A stretch of DNA of 64,000 nt from Vicugna vicugna (lineage: Eukaryota), in contig MU058451.1 in the NCBI GenBank assembly GCA_013265495.1, forward strand, positions 1,588,167-1,652,166. The letters are read 5' to 3'. Each line of letters opens with the position of its first letter. Within the stretch, counting starts at the first letter, position 1. The notes beneath the pieces are model-generated. The model did no database searches and was not told the origin of the DNA. It saw nothing but the letters and a program-made list of their open reading frames with translations. Shown one piece after another: positions 48,801 to 62,149 of this stretch. The position numbers and the translations under genes are program-made.

Positions 48801-51800
48801 TCCTCTAGCACCACGTGATTGAGCTGGGGAGACAGACTTACACAGATAAATATCCAGTGCAGCGAGGCAGCACGTGACAAATTCCAAAAGGACATGGAGA
48901 ACTTCTGGCACCAGGAATCTGCCAAGAGGTGGCCGCCATTTTTTCCAGTCCTGCCTCCACTTTAACTGGTTGCCCCCATTCACCTTCTCCTGCAAAGTCC
49001 TGGGTTTTACCTGGGCTTTGATGCCAAATGCCATGTGCTTGGGAAGCGCCGGCTTCTTGCTGTGGCTGCGCCACCTTTGCTGTCGGGCTCCTGTCCGTGG
49101 TTCCTGTGAGCTCAGCTGCCTCCAGATACTACACGTGTGCTTTAAGCTTCACTGTCTCCCTGACCCAGCAGGTCAACTTTCTTTTGTTCAACATTTTCAG
49201 AGTATTCGTCTGTGAGGGGGCAGATAGCCGCAGTTCACTTATTCTCTTTGCTACTTCATAGTTCATTGTACAAACGTCCCATGGCTGATTTAACTGCTCC
49301 GTTTCCTATGATTTTGATGTGGTTCTCACCTATCAAATTTTTAACAGGGGAATAACACGACAGAAATAATATTTCAGGGAAAGGAGTCAACAGTCAGTGT
49401 ACCAGAGGAGCTGGAGAGAAGACAAAAGAAACACAAACTATTTGAGTGCTCTCATGTGCGAGGCACCTGAACTGTCCAGGTAGGGGCGGTACCAATGGCC
49501 CAGGAGGCTGGCTCTGGTCACGGTGCACTCGAGCTCCGCCAAGAGCTGACCTGAGCTTCCTTCTCTCAGCATATGGCACACAGGGCAGCCCATGAGATCT
49601 GCTGTCACAGCTCTGCATTCCCAAACTGATGCTTAATGTCAAAATGAGACTGATGGTATTGCCCTCCTGGGACTGTTGTGACACTTAGGTAAGATGTTTT
49701 CAGGAGTCCATTATTTCGTCAGCATTTCATGAGTCAGGGTATTTAGAAAAGTTAAGCACTTTTATTCCATTTCTCCTCTGGCCCCTGTCTCCCCATTTCC
49801 TGTCCAGTGAGAATTGCTGAAATTCTTACCCTTGAGACATCAAAAGAACCAAATACTGTGCAAAAGTGCACCAGAACACAAGACAGATAAAGCCTCTGAT
49901 ACAACTCTCAGGAAGGACCGTGTCATTTCAAATTCTGTCTCTTCATGGTTGTGACTCCCTATTGCAAATACACGTGTTTAGGATTACCGAGTTAGGTACT
50001 TTTCCAAACAAACCAGTGTGAGAACCAGGGTTTATACCGCTCCATCTCCCTTTGAGTTCAGAGTGAGCGTTTGGCTAAAGATACGAATTATCTTCTTTGA
50101 CTCTAAAGTTCCCCTCCAAGATGACAACATAACAACCCATGAACTTCCAATAAAATCAGTGGAACCTCTTCACCAAATAACTCTTGAACCATGAAGCAAT
50201 TTTCCTTAAACATACCATCACTGGACACACTCCAAATAGTTAAATTAGGTTCAAGTCATAGAGATGCTGGCCTTTTTAGAAGAAAGCAGAGATTACAGTT
50301 AAAGGATATAAATGAATTTTGTTGGTCACCATCAGCAAAATTGTTGACAAGTGTAGACCTAGCCCGTTTCTAATCAGAGGGAAACTTGGTTTGGTAATCA
50401 TCAAGGTCAGCTTCTCAGTATAGCCATATTTATTTATAATGTTCACATGTCTGCAAAGTAGTTTGAGGGCAGTGAATAGAACAGAATGCTTGAGAGGTGG
50501 CTCTGATGCTCAGAGTTGTCTACAAGGTTAGCCATGAACCCAGTGGGTTTCTATATGGGAGATACCTGTGGGGGTTTTACCCAGTAGGGTAAAATTGCTA
50601 CCTGTTTTGATCTGATAACATATACATGCTATAGCCTGGCTATCGATAATCTAAAGCCCTTTGATTCATTTTGCCTGGCCCAAACAGCTTCTTCATTCTT
50701 ACAGAAAAATTTAGCGTTCTAGGCTTCACCCTTTCAGTCTGAAAGAAGTAATACATCCCACTGGGTTAACTGGTTTACAACAAGAGACTGAGGCTGGTTT
50801 ATCACGCACAAGAAGAAATAGATAAATGTGTGAGTCTTAGGCCAGTCTTCTCACATGCAAGAATATCAAAGGAAAGAAAAGAAGAATAAAGTAAATTCGT
50901 GTTCAAATTGGGGCTGATTTCTAAATCATAGCAGATGGTAAATGAAGGGGAGAGGTGACTCATCGTATCTATTTAGAGAAAACCAGCGAACAGACTGTCA
51001 CCCATCCTTTTATAAGTTTGTTTGCCTGTGAACTAGCCCAAGAAATTTACCAAATTTATTAAATTGCCCCATGGTAAAAAGGGCTTAGTGCAAAAAGTAC
51101 AGGAAATCCCTATTGACCAGTCAAGTCCTTAAAGTATAGAGAAACATGCACCCACCAAACTGAGGCCCACGAAGGAACATATTCCCAAGTGAGTTCTTTT
51201 TCATGTTACCAGGTGCCCGAGTTCACTTACGTAACTCAGCTGTCTGCAGTGCCCTCCTCTACAAAGCCTTATACTTTGAGCACCTTGTCTTCGGCACACA
51301 GAACTGCACCTCTTTATTGGTTTCTACCACCACCCCAAGCACACTGAGCATTTTGTGAGAGTTATGAGTTCCACTCAAGAGCCTATTGCCCTCAAATTTC
51401 TCTTGGACTGCTTCCTTTCCAACCCCCCACTTCTTATGCTAATAATGCAACGTGCATCTCAGCCCACCTCCCAACCATGGCTGCCAGCCGACCTTGCATT
51501 CTGTTTCCCTCTTCATAGTTCTGAAGTAGTTATAATGCCAGGCAATTCATCTGTCCCAAGTTCCACTTCAGACCTGTGTGCCATCACACACCAAAGCATT
51601 TAGCATTCTAGTTAGAATATCCACCCTTTTGGGAAAGATTCACATAGTACATATATTTTGTGTGTGTGCCACTGAAATATATTGACATGTACAATGGATT
51701 TCTTCATAACATTTAGCAAGAATCTTATCCACATGGTTAAAATCTGTTTCCAAAAGGTCTGTTTACATTTTTAACCCTACTTGGGTAGAAACTAAGATCG

Positions 51801-51839
51801 TACATTATGTATGCACGTTCACTGATAAATGTTCGTGGC

Positions 51840-52320
51840 ACACCTGCCTGATTTGGCCCCCACCCGGCTCCCCACCTGCCCCACTGCTTTCTGTGGCCTC
51901 GCTGCAGCCATGCTGGCCTTCTTGCTAGTCTTCAAACTTGCCAAGTCTGTTCCCATGGCAGGACATGTCCCTTGCTGTTCCCTCTGTGTGAATGCTTGTC
52001 CTCTGCCTCACTCCTTCACATCAGTACAGTCTTTGCTCAAATGCTGACTTTTCAGACCTTGCCCATCCACCCTGTCTCAGGCTACCTATCACCTGGTCCC
52101 TCTCCAGCCACTGGGCTGGCTTTACCTTTCCTTCCAGCCCTTATCTCTCCCAGAAATCATATTCTGTTTGCACGTACTCTGATTTTTCACTGTCTTTCTG
52201 TTACTGCGTGTGAACTCCACGAGGCCAGGAAACGTGTCTTTGTTCACTGCCTTCTGTCTTGTGCTGGGAACAGCGAGAGCCCAGCACTCAGTGAGTCACA
52301 GTAAACACTTACGAAACCAG
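51840..52320 (+). mobile_element. L2 3' portion
   Basis: GCCATGCTGGCCTTCTTGCT...TGTGAACTCCACGAGGCCAGG...CCCAGCAC. Confidence 0.7.
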
Positions 52321-52409
52321 GTGTTGGTTCCTGTATTTTCATTTTCGTATGCATTCCTTATTTTTATCTCTGCAACTTTTAGGTCTAACATAGAACAAAA
52401 AGGCCAACT

Positions 52410-52690
52410 ATCCCCTCAAACAAGAGGGGATTCTTCTTGCCCGACTGCCTTTGAGGTGTGACATTGGGTTTCTTCCTGCCTTTGGACTTGAACTTCAACC
52501 TCAGCTCTTCCTGGGTCTCGAGCCTGTTGGTTTTTGACTGGAACTTCTCTTTTGACTCGCCTGAATCGCCAGCTTGCTGACTGCAGATCCGTGATCATCA
52601 CGCGGGGCAGTGTCTTATAATACATGCATACATCATACACATAAGCAAACATCCTGTTGATTCTGTTTTTCTGGAAAACCCTGATCCACA
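52410..52690 (+). mobile_element. MLT2 (ERVL) LTR fragment
   Basis: CAGCTCTTCCTGGGTCTCGAGCCTG...CTTGCTGACTGCAGATC...TTCTGTTTTTCTGGAAAACCCTGA. Confidence 0.8.
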
Positions 52691-53540
52691 GAGGTTGTCT
52701 GTTTTTTCTGTAAGTGACACAGAGATAAACACTAGGCATGTCGACAGACTACCTCACAGAGGGGTGCCCTTGGTCAGCTCCCCCAGGGGAAGGACCACAG
52801 ATGGTTGATTCCAGTTACCACTGCCGTGAGACACGTACCTCAAGGAGCCTATGAATCCTGGCTCATTTCTTTCATTCAAATGTGTAAACAGAGGTCAGCG
52901 CACTCACATTAAAGCACATAGCATTTCAACAGTACTTTGCAAGCCAAGAACCCTCCATCACGCATTTCCCTGCGATAAAAGCTGAGTCACGGGGCAAAGC
53001 CTGTCAGCACCAAGGGCGCCTTTACTTACGCTCCTTCCTGTCACATTTACAGTGTGTGTCACCCCACCTTTGAACTGCATTTTCTAAAAATGAGTTAATT
53101 TTGCTTGGATGAGTTGGTTTTAATAAAGAATACATTTGTCTCTCACATTTGAACTACCTAAAGCAAGTTCTTTTTTCCCCACTCAGACATTTCCAGACAT
53201 TGTGTACATTTTAAATTCCAAAACATTTTGGATGATGTTTAAATGAATTCTAATCATAGAATATTGAGAAAATGACTCTTGAAATACAAGGATTGCGTTT
53301 GTGGGATTTTTTTTTTCATTTTCATCTGCCTGAGAGGAGTCTAAAATATGTATTCTTTTCTCTGTGCTAATTAGATGTTTATTGGACTGTAAGCAAATAA
53401 ATTCTAACTCAGTCTCCTCCAGTTGCTTTGTATTTCGTTTGTACAGTTCTGTTGACTGTAAGGCAGAATTTCAAAGAGAGAGAGAAGCGCAACGGTGTTG
53501 TACATCAAAATTCTTTGCCACTCTCCTTTGGAGTCAGTCT

Positions 53541-53707
53541 GTTTTTGTTTGTTTTTTTAAGATAACTTATTTATTTACTTAGGGTTTTTGTCGGAGGAGG
53601 GAGGTAATTAGGTTTATTTCTTTCTTCATTTTTAGAGGAGGTGCTGGACCTTTGTGACCCCAGGACCTCGTGCATGTGCTCTGCCACTTGAGCTGTACCC
53701 TCCCACC
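53541..53707 (-). mobile_element. Vic-1-like tRNA-derived SINE with extended tail
   Basis: Minus strand GGGAGGGTACAGCTCAAGTGGCAGAG...CACGAGGTCCTGGGG...AAACCTAATTACCTCCC; TSD TTGG(A/C)GTCAGTCT at 53528-53540 and 53708-53720. Confidence 0.85.
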
Positions 53708-53810
53708 TTGGCGTCAGTCTTTTTATCTGTTTTCTTAAGGCGGCAGAGACTAATCTCAGCCCTCTTTACATCTTCAGTGTCTGCCGGCACATAATAAGTG
53801 CTCAATAATG

Positions 53811-54200
53811 TTTTTTTTTTTTTTTTTGGAAACGTGAGTTTTTTAATTGAAGTAGAGTTGATTTACAATATTATATTAGTTTCAGGTGTACAGCATAGTG
53901 CCTCAGTATTTTTAAAGGTTATGCTCCATTATTACAAGATCATGGATATAATTCCCTGTGCTATACAATATATCCCTGTTGCTCATCTATTTTGTAGGTA
54001 GTAGTTTGTATCTGTTAATCCCATACTCCTAACTTCCACCCCCTCCCTTTCCCCTTTGGTAACCACTAGTTTGTTTTCTATGTCTGTGAGTCCGTTTCTT
54101 TCACATATACGTTCATTTGTATTATTTCTTATTATATGTATAGTTTCCACATACAAGTAATACCATACAGAATTTGTCTTTCTCTGACTTACTTCACTGA
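53811..54200 (-). mobile_element. L1 3' end
   Basis: Poly(T), then TTGATTTACAATATTATATTAGTTTCAGGTGTACAGCATAGTG...TTCCCTGTGCTATACA. Confidence 0.85.
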
Positions 54201-56416
54201 TCAGTAGTGATTTTGGATGACCGCAGTTACCCTTTACTTAAGCAATAGTGAGAATTACACTTGTCAATGCCTTGTAAAGTGAAATCAGTCAAATGTGGGT
54301 ACGGATTTGAATCGCCTGCCGAAATTTATGCTATTTTGCATACTTCTGCTTGTTCTATGCCTGTGGATTTTGGTGGGTTTTGTGTCTGAGTTTGCTGAGA
54401 AGGTGCACTGCCTTCCCTCGGCTAGTTTGCCCCAGCTGTCTAGAGACCTGTATTTTGACACTTATGTTGCTGTCTCATTCCGAGGGATTGAGTTTACTCG
54501 CCAGCACGTGGGCTCCGCCCCACGACTGCCCTGCGGGAAAAGATAAAATAGATGGACTGTTTTCTAAGTTTTTGAGACAAACTTACTTTTATCTCCTCTT
54601 TTTAGAATTTTCTTAACTACTTCCATTATCCTTGAATCGGCGTTCTATATAATATACAATTTCTGAGATCTCGAAGGTAGACCTGTCACGGGTTCTGGCC
54701 TCCGGCCAAGCTTCTTTATGTGCCTGTGAGGACCCAGGGCAGCCTGGGCTCCTCCCTCAAATTGATTCAGTGGAGCCATCAGCTCAAGGGGGAAGGGTGT
54801 CTTCGGTTTTTACAATTTAGAGAGGAAACACATTATGAAGAGATTTGAAAGATTTACTAGGCTGAAGAATGAAATGTGAGAGAGAACTTCTATCATTGTA
54901 AAGTTTTTGATTGCTGTCAAGAGAGTCTTTTGCGAGGTACTGTAACAAATTGAAGATCAAGGAACAAAAACATTTGAGAGCAGAAACCTGTTGTAAAGAT
55001 ATGAAACAGAAAAAAAGTTACAAAATGAGCAGGCATAAAGAAGATACGAACACATTTGCTACCCATTGTAGTGAAGTTATTCTGAGAACATGCCAGAATA
55101 TTTCAAAGTTGCCTGGGTACCTGAGATGAGTCAGATATTAAATAATCCAGATAAAACGTCCACTTCAGCTTTTTAAATTTCAGGCTATAGTCTCCCAAGG
55201 ACAGCACCAGAAATTTCATCACTAACAATTTTAATATGGACGAGAAAGTGATCAGATGTTGACTTATGCGAAAATTCAGAAATCACAAGGAAAATGCCTT
55301 TATATGAGACGAGATTTAATGGAATTTCAAAAGTTCCCTCAAAAGGTAGTTTTCTATAGTTGTTCTTTCAAAACAAGTCAAGTATGTCACAAGAAAAATA
55401 AACTCACCCTGAAAGGAGTGACAATAGACTGTACAGTAAACTTTACATCCTGTGGTCCATTCATGGGAGAAGTTCTCTCTCCTGTCTTACTGACCAGGAA
55501 GGCAGAGATTTGGGAGTAGAGTTTGATGTGTGATCTGCTGGCAAGAACCATCTACGCTGAGAAGTACGTTGAAGAATTCATAGAAGGGATGCTGACTCTC
55601 TCTCTCCCTCTGACAAGAGGTTAGGACAAACACTCACTCTTTAAAACTGAAAGGTATGTTTCTAACTATGCCAGTCAACACGTTCCAGAGCATGCAGTGA
55701 TTAGATAAACATTTTGCTCATCTATAAATTTTAACCCTGTCAGGTGCCCCGTAGTTGGTGACCATGTATAGGAATCATATGCATTTATGAGCCTTTACGG
55801 ACATAATCTTTTTAAAATCAAGCTCAGATTTCTATTGTACATCAGCTAGTTCAAACTAAAGCAATGCAGGAAAAAAAGATATTTGTAAGAATTGCATATG
55901 CAACCAAGCATTTATTTATCTAAACAAAGTTTTAAGAACTATAAAATGGTTGAACCTTGGGTTAGCATTCTGAGAAAACAGCAGAAAGACTAATGAGATA
56001 TTAAACGAGATTATCCAATGAGCAGCAGGACCAAAATGAACCTGCATGAACCTCTATGTATCTTCCACAGAGAACCCCAAAGAACGGAAGAAAAATTGGA
56101 AATAGGAAGAGTGAAACTAATCACATAGAATTACTGGATAAGAATAGTCATCTAACTGTAGTAAATGTGGGAGAATAGAAAAGAAGTATCTAATGAGCAC
56201 TGCAATGCAGGCTAAAACGTGTCAAACTATTATAATATCCATACCTATTGATCAAGATTTGTTAGAATGGCTAACGTTTTAAAGGACTTCGTTTTTTATT
56301 AGTTTTTGTTGTAATTCAGTATTACTAAGGATTTAATTCTTGGTGGTCATGACTATACACATTTGATCATGATGATAACATTAGTTATGTGGGGAAATGG
56401 GCTTCCTTTTATCTAA

Positions 56417-56448
56417 TGAAATACCATATTCTCCCACTGGAGGGCAAT
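56417..56448 (+). promoter_or_regulatory. Predicted CTCF site with upstream module
   Basis: TGAAATACC-N8-CCACTGGAGGGCAAT. Confidence 0.6.
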
Positions 56449-56679
56449 AATGGTTCAAAAACCATGACTGCTTTCAAGTAGGAATAGTGTCACAATCATC
56501 TTAGTTATCCCCTACACCCAATACAGTGGCTGGTACCTATAGACATTTGATAAACATTTGTTAAACAGAAAGAAACTGAAGGTATATTTAGTTTTATATG
56601 GGTAATTTTAAATTATGTAAAATTCCCTTCCAACCATCCCTGGCTCTCCATCTTTGCAAATGTTGTAAAGGAATGTCAG

Positions 56680-56900
56680 CATTTATTTATTCCCTCAACA
56701 GAAGTATTGGGGACTTAATGATACATCAGTCACCTGTTAGGGGCTGAGAGTTTATATATGAATAATACCAGGTATCTGCCCTCGGGGAATTAACAGTTTA
56801 ATAAAGTAGAGACTTATAAACAAATAATTTTAGAAGGTTCTAGAAGTACTTATAGAGATACATACAGACAGACTGCTGTGGGGAAAGAGAGAAAAGGAGC
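56680..56900 (-). mobile_element. L2 3' end
   Basis: ATTTATTCCCTCAACAGAAGTATTG...CTGCCCTCGGGGAATTAACAGTTTA. Confidence 0.6.
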
Positions 56901-57365
56901 AATACATTCTAATAACAGACAGGTCTTAAAATTCAAAAAGAACGCACTGAGGTGTTTTGCAGCCTGTTCACCTACCCATCAAAATACACAAATCTCTCAT
57001 CCGTCAGCAGCATAAACTTTCAGAACCACAACACCCACCAGAGAAGATGTCAAATTAGAAGTCATCCAGCGCCTGTCAAAATTCAGACTGACACAAGTGA
57101 GATTCCATGAAGAGATGCTAAGTGTGTGAAAGACATTATCTATCGACTTGTTTGGAAAACAACAGATTTGAGCCGGGTGCAGAGAGTGTTTTTGCCTCCC
57201 CACATCTCTCTAAATCTTGATCAAAAGCTGCATGAGTAGGGTGTTCCTCATCCCAAAAAAGTCATTAAGAAGAGCCCCACAGAGCCCCGGGGCAAGTGTT
57301 CCTCCTCCCCATCCCCCTCTTGCATGGGGCTTCTGCTGAGAAGACCTCGCCGGAGACCGGCATCC

Positions 57366-57397
57366 TGTCGTCACTAGTGCATCCAGGAGAGGGCGCC
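57366..57397 (+). promoter_or_regulatory. Predicted CTCF site
   Basis: Core CCAGGAGAGGGCGCC; weak upstream module TGTCGTCAC at N8. Confidence 0.55.
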
Positions 57398-58049
57398 CCT
57401 GAACGCCCTTTGACAGGGTCTACGTAGACTTGAACGGAAGGGAGAGTCTTGTGGTCTCTCCTCCCTTAGTTTCAGTCCTCTCACACAGCAGATTTCAGTG
57501 GCTTGACTTCTGTGAATACCATTTCTGCCAGACACTTATTTTGTTTACTTAGTTCTGTTTGGTAAATACTGAAAACCCTCTCACTGTCTTCCCCCGGAGC
57601 TAGAACTGTCAGCTACCAGGAGCTAAAAATAAGAGGGACTTGCAGGCATTTAAACAAATACTGACATTTAAACAGAGTCTCTCTTCTTTTATTCTAAGAA
57701 TTCAAAAATAAGGTCCAGGCAATTATTTTTCACATACATTAGTGTATTTCAGGGAAAAGTAGTGCCATGTTTTAGTATCTGTAACTTAGAATTCTCATCT
57801 AAGCAAAAAAATGTTCTGACTTCTCAGGAACCCATTTGACAAACATCCCTTAGGGAGACTGATCCATAGATATATCAGTACTTTATTTTAAATGTGGATC
57901 CCCCTTATGAAAAACATATTTTCATTGGCCAATAAAATTCTCTCAGTCCCTCAGTGATTTTCCCATCTCCAATGTAAGTCCTTATTAGGAAAAGCAGGAC
58001 GTGAACTGACATAGTTTGGTGTCTGTTAGGTTATGGTTGTCTGATGAGC

Positions 58050-58240
58050 AATTTCCACACATTGCCTCCTTCAGGTTTTTATAACGATCCTCTTAGGGAG
58101 ACATTATTTTCACCATTTCCCTGAGGAGAAGACAGATTTGAGGGACTAAATAAATTTCAAAGATCACATAGCCAAAAAAGTGTCAATGCTGGGATTTGAG
58201 CCATGGTTGATCTGATTTTTAAATTGCTGCTTCCAGATTT
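58050..58240 (-). mobile_element. MIR SINE
   Basis: TGAGGAGAAGACAGA...AAGATCACATAGC...GCTGGGATTTGAGCC. Confidence 0.7.
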
Positions 58241-58709
58241 GTGAGATTTATTCTGTTCTTGACACATGTATGGAATAGTGTCAAGACTAGGCTCTCTTCC
58301 TCGAGCCCTGGTTTTAGAGGAAGGGATTGCAGTAATGAGATAATTTTCTACAGTGTACATCTTGTACATCTGACATCATATCAATAATTAAATGTGGTTT
58401 AATTGTATATGTAGTTATGTTTTGGTGCAGGTGAGACTCACAATTCAATAGCAATAATGAGAATGAATTAGAATTTAGATTCTAAAATCTGGCTTGTATA
58501 CCATGTCTTCTTTACTCTCATTGAATATATTGAAATAAAACCACTGCCAAGTAAAATGGCTGAACAGTGAACTAATGGAACATCTTAGGGTTCTTGGTGT
58601 GTTTGGGTCTTCCTGGTGTTCCAGCTTTACTCTAGGCCAGGGGATTACAGCCCCCTGCAGGCAGATGTTGACTATTACCTTTTCTAATCTTTTAAATTAC
58701 CTGCCAATC

Positions 58710-59130
58710 AAAAAAGAATGAAATAATGCCTTTTTCAGCAACATGGATGGGCTTAGAGATTATCACGTTGAATGAAATGAAGTCAGAGAAGGAAAAGTAT
58801 TACATATCACTTATATGTGGAATCTAAGAAATAGTACAAATGAACCTATTTACAAAACAGAAACAGACCCACAGACACAGAAATCAAACTTCGGTTACCA
58901 AAGGAAAAGGAGGGGTGAGATAAATTGGGAGCACGGGGTTTAAAGATACACACTACTATACATAAAACAACTGTGTAGCGCAAGGAACTATAGTCAGTAT
59001 CTTTCAATAACCCACGTGGAAAAGAATTTTTAAAGAATATAGATACATACATACATAGGTACAACCGAATCACTCTGCTGTACCCCTGAAACTGACGCAA
59101 TATTGTAAATCACCTGTACTTCAGTAAAAA
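58710..59130 (+). mobile_element. L1 3' end (ORF2 C-terminus and 3'UTR)
   Basis: AAAAAGAATGAAATAATGCC...GCAACATGGATG...ATATCACTTATATGTGGAATCTAA. Confidence 0.9.
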
Positions 59131-59499
59131 GAGGAGATGGACGATGGCCTTTGTTATTCGTATAGGCGAGCAGAACATTCCAGGCCTTTCCTGGTTCAGC
59201 TGCTTCTCTGTGTTGGCCTTGAGGCTTTCGCATCTCTGTCTCACTTGGTAAGGACTTTGTTGTGGCTTGAGGTCACTCTTTGAAATGTAGGAAAGTAGCT
59301 TTCACCTCCAAGTTCTGACTCCATTTCTATTTCTCAGTTCTTTGTTTCTGTCAAGGCTGGTTTGACATCTTTATTTTGGTACCTGATTGATTAGTCCTTT
59401 CATAAGACCCCACCTAAAAGTAGGCCCTGCGCTTCATTTTAAATTTAATCTTACACTGGCCTTAAACTCTTCTGATTTTCTTCCTACGGATGCCTGTGT

Positions 59500-60083
59500 A
59501 AATTTAACTATAAAGGTCCGAGTGGAATCTCATCTGAATGCTTGACTGGGAAGAAACTGCTTCCAAGTGTGTGTAGTCATTGGTAGGACTTAGTTCCCCA
59601 GGGACTGCTGGACCGAAGGCCTCAGTTCCAGAGGCTGTCATCAGTTTCTTACCACTCGGGCAGATCTGGGGGAAAATTCACTTCTGAACTCAGCCAGGTT
59701 GTTGGAAGAATCTAGTTCTTTGTGATTTTAAGACTGAGGTCTGTGTTCCCTTTCTGGCCATCACTTGGAGTCTAGTCTTTGTTCCTCAGAGCTGCCTGGA
59801 CTCCTCATCACATGGGCCTCACCATCTGCAAAGCCAACAACGGTGTGGAGAATCTTTCTCATGCTTCAGGTTTCTCTTACTTCCCCTTTTAACACCAGCC
59901 AGAGAAATTTCATTGTTTTTAAGGACTTATGTGATTAGATTAGGCCCACCGAGATAATCTCCCTGGGTTGAGGTCATGTGCCACTGAACATAGCACAGTG
60001 ATGAGAGTGATACCTTATTATATTCACAGATTCTGGGTGTTTGAACCCAACATCTTTGGGGAGCCAGAAATTCTGCCACCACA
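59500..60083 (-). mobile_element. MLT1 (D/E/F-like) LTR fragments
   Basis: GTGATTAGATTAGGCCCACC...GATAATCTCCCT...AGAAATTCTGCCACCACA. Confidence 0.75.
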
Positions 60084-60267
60084 AGCAGTTTTGATTCACT
60101 GAAGTGTGGTAGGTTTAGAAAGCAATACAGCCTGCCAGCAAGATGCAAGTCACAGCGGTGTGTGAACAGCAGGAGGCAGTGAACACTGGGGCCCCATCAC
60201 ACCATGGTCTGCCTGCCATCCTGTCTAATGTTCCTATTTCCTCTGTGAAGTAGGGGCTGAGAGTGAG

Positions 60268-60309
60268 CAGGAGTTGCTATGGCCAGAAAGGGTACCATAG
60301 CAACTCCTG
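60268..60309. repeat. Perfect 15-bp inverted repeat with 12-nt spacer
   Basis: CAGGAGTTGCTATGG-CCAGAAAGGGTA-CCATAGCAACTCCTG. Confidence 0.95.
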
Positions 60310-60964
60310 TGAAGAAAGGGGAAGAAAAGGGAAATTTAGGAAGAAAGGGGAAATTTTATGCTCATCACAGTGGAGAATAATGAAGCAAACAGACTAGGGA
60401 AACGTGGAAAGACTGCTGGGCAGTACCAGATGACGCCCGGAGGTTGGAAGTTAGGAATTTCACTTATTAAAAAAAGACTCACAAAATGCTTCCAGTTTTC
60501 CAAAATCTCAGTCTGATTTATGTGGCATAGATACCAGATGGCATTTCTAGAGTTATGAATGGTCTGAGAGACTTTGGTTAATTTAGCTACAGCAAATAGG
60601 CCATTCTTTGCAAGATCATCTTATGCGTAGCCATGGCTCCAAAGAGATATTATACCCGAAGTCCAGAGATTTATGCTCACAGACATGTTTATTTTGGGGG
60701 AAATAATCAAATATTTAGTCAATATGATACTATAACTAAAATGTGAAATTACTACTGAGAAATGCAAGGCCTAGTTGGATAAACATTTAGTTAAAACAAC
60801 TGAGCTGGCAACTGTGTTCATGGATTCAAAATTTTCTTAGGAATCTCCAGTCTTGCACAATTTGAACAACTGTGCATAGACTGAAGTTACTGAATGAAAA
60901 TAGCCTTCAATAAGCAGATGAAAAGTATGTAACTTTAGAGCTCTCATGTGTGTTGCTGGGTAGC

Positions 60965-61110
60965 AGAATATTGTTCTGACCTTAGACGAGTTACTGAACC
61001 TCTGGAAGCCTTAGTTTCTTTATCTGGCAAATTGGAACAATAATATATCTCTCACAAATTAACTGTAAGTATTAAATGAGACAACATCGTAATTAGTACG
61101 GAGTAAGCAA
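60965..61110 (+). mobile_element. MIR SINE
   Basis: TGACCTTAGACGAGTTACTGAACCTCT...AGCCTTAGTTTCTTTATCTG...ATTAAATGAGA. Confidence 0.75.
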
Positions 61111-62149
61111 TATGTGTATTTATTTATGATCAGTGCATTTTTATTGCTCAATTGACTCAAAAAAGAATGATTAATCCAAATGTCATTTTGACCTAAATCA
61201 TTGTAAAACCAAATCAATGCCCAAGGTCTATTTCAAGACTTGAAAGGAACTGAAAGGAAAGTCTTGGAATTTTTTTCTTGTTGGGATGGGAATCAGAAAA
61301 TAATGCAACCCCTTTTTTCATAATAGACACTTTATCTTAATTTTCTACTTGTTCAAAGGGCTGATTTACAGTCACTCATTGCGTTCTGATGTTGGTGAAG
61401 AACCCAATTATTTCTCTAATGGAAGTGACCTATAAATGTTTGTACTTCAAAAGGCTTAGTAAATAAATATTAATCAGAGAATCTCACAGAAACTATGAAT
61501 GAAAAATGTACATATGAGTTCAACCAAGAAAGAAATGGATATGATCAGTCTGCTACTCGATTTGGAAATTGGAGGAGGAAGGAAATGGCTCATTTCATGA
61601 CAAATGGGAATTTGCCCATGGCCAAAATACACTGGACGATTTGTTGTAGGCTCAAAAAAATATGTAACATATTAATTGAGTTTTAATTATATTGGCCTCT
61701 CCAATGGCCATTAATGTTCACATAAAACTTGAATTTTGCAATTCAGTTTAACTGAAATTTGAAAAGGAGTAAAGTGTATTTCAATTTAATATCCACTCTT
61801 TTTAAATTAATCCACCATTGGTAATCAAGGAATATATTATGGCTACTTGTGCCTTTTTTATATCACAAGCCATATTTCCTGCTTCATTCAAACAATTTTA
61901 ATGGTATCTATACAAAATTAAAGGCTGGAGTAATCATTTAAAATTTCCAATCGCTTGTGACAGCTTGATTCTACTCTGCTCGGGAAGCAACATTTGCTGT
62001 AATACAATTTTCACAGTATAATTTATTTGAATGTATTAGAACCTTAGATATAACATGGAACTATAAAGGCCAACTCTGAACTCAACATCATACACACACA
62101 CACACCCCCTTAACTATGGCACGTACATGTTTAGTGACTGTGTAACACC

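Noticed and set aside
48922..48936. Additional CTCF-like core CCAAGAGGTGGCCGC
   Set aside because: Several mismatches and no upstream module; too weak to call without a PWM score.
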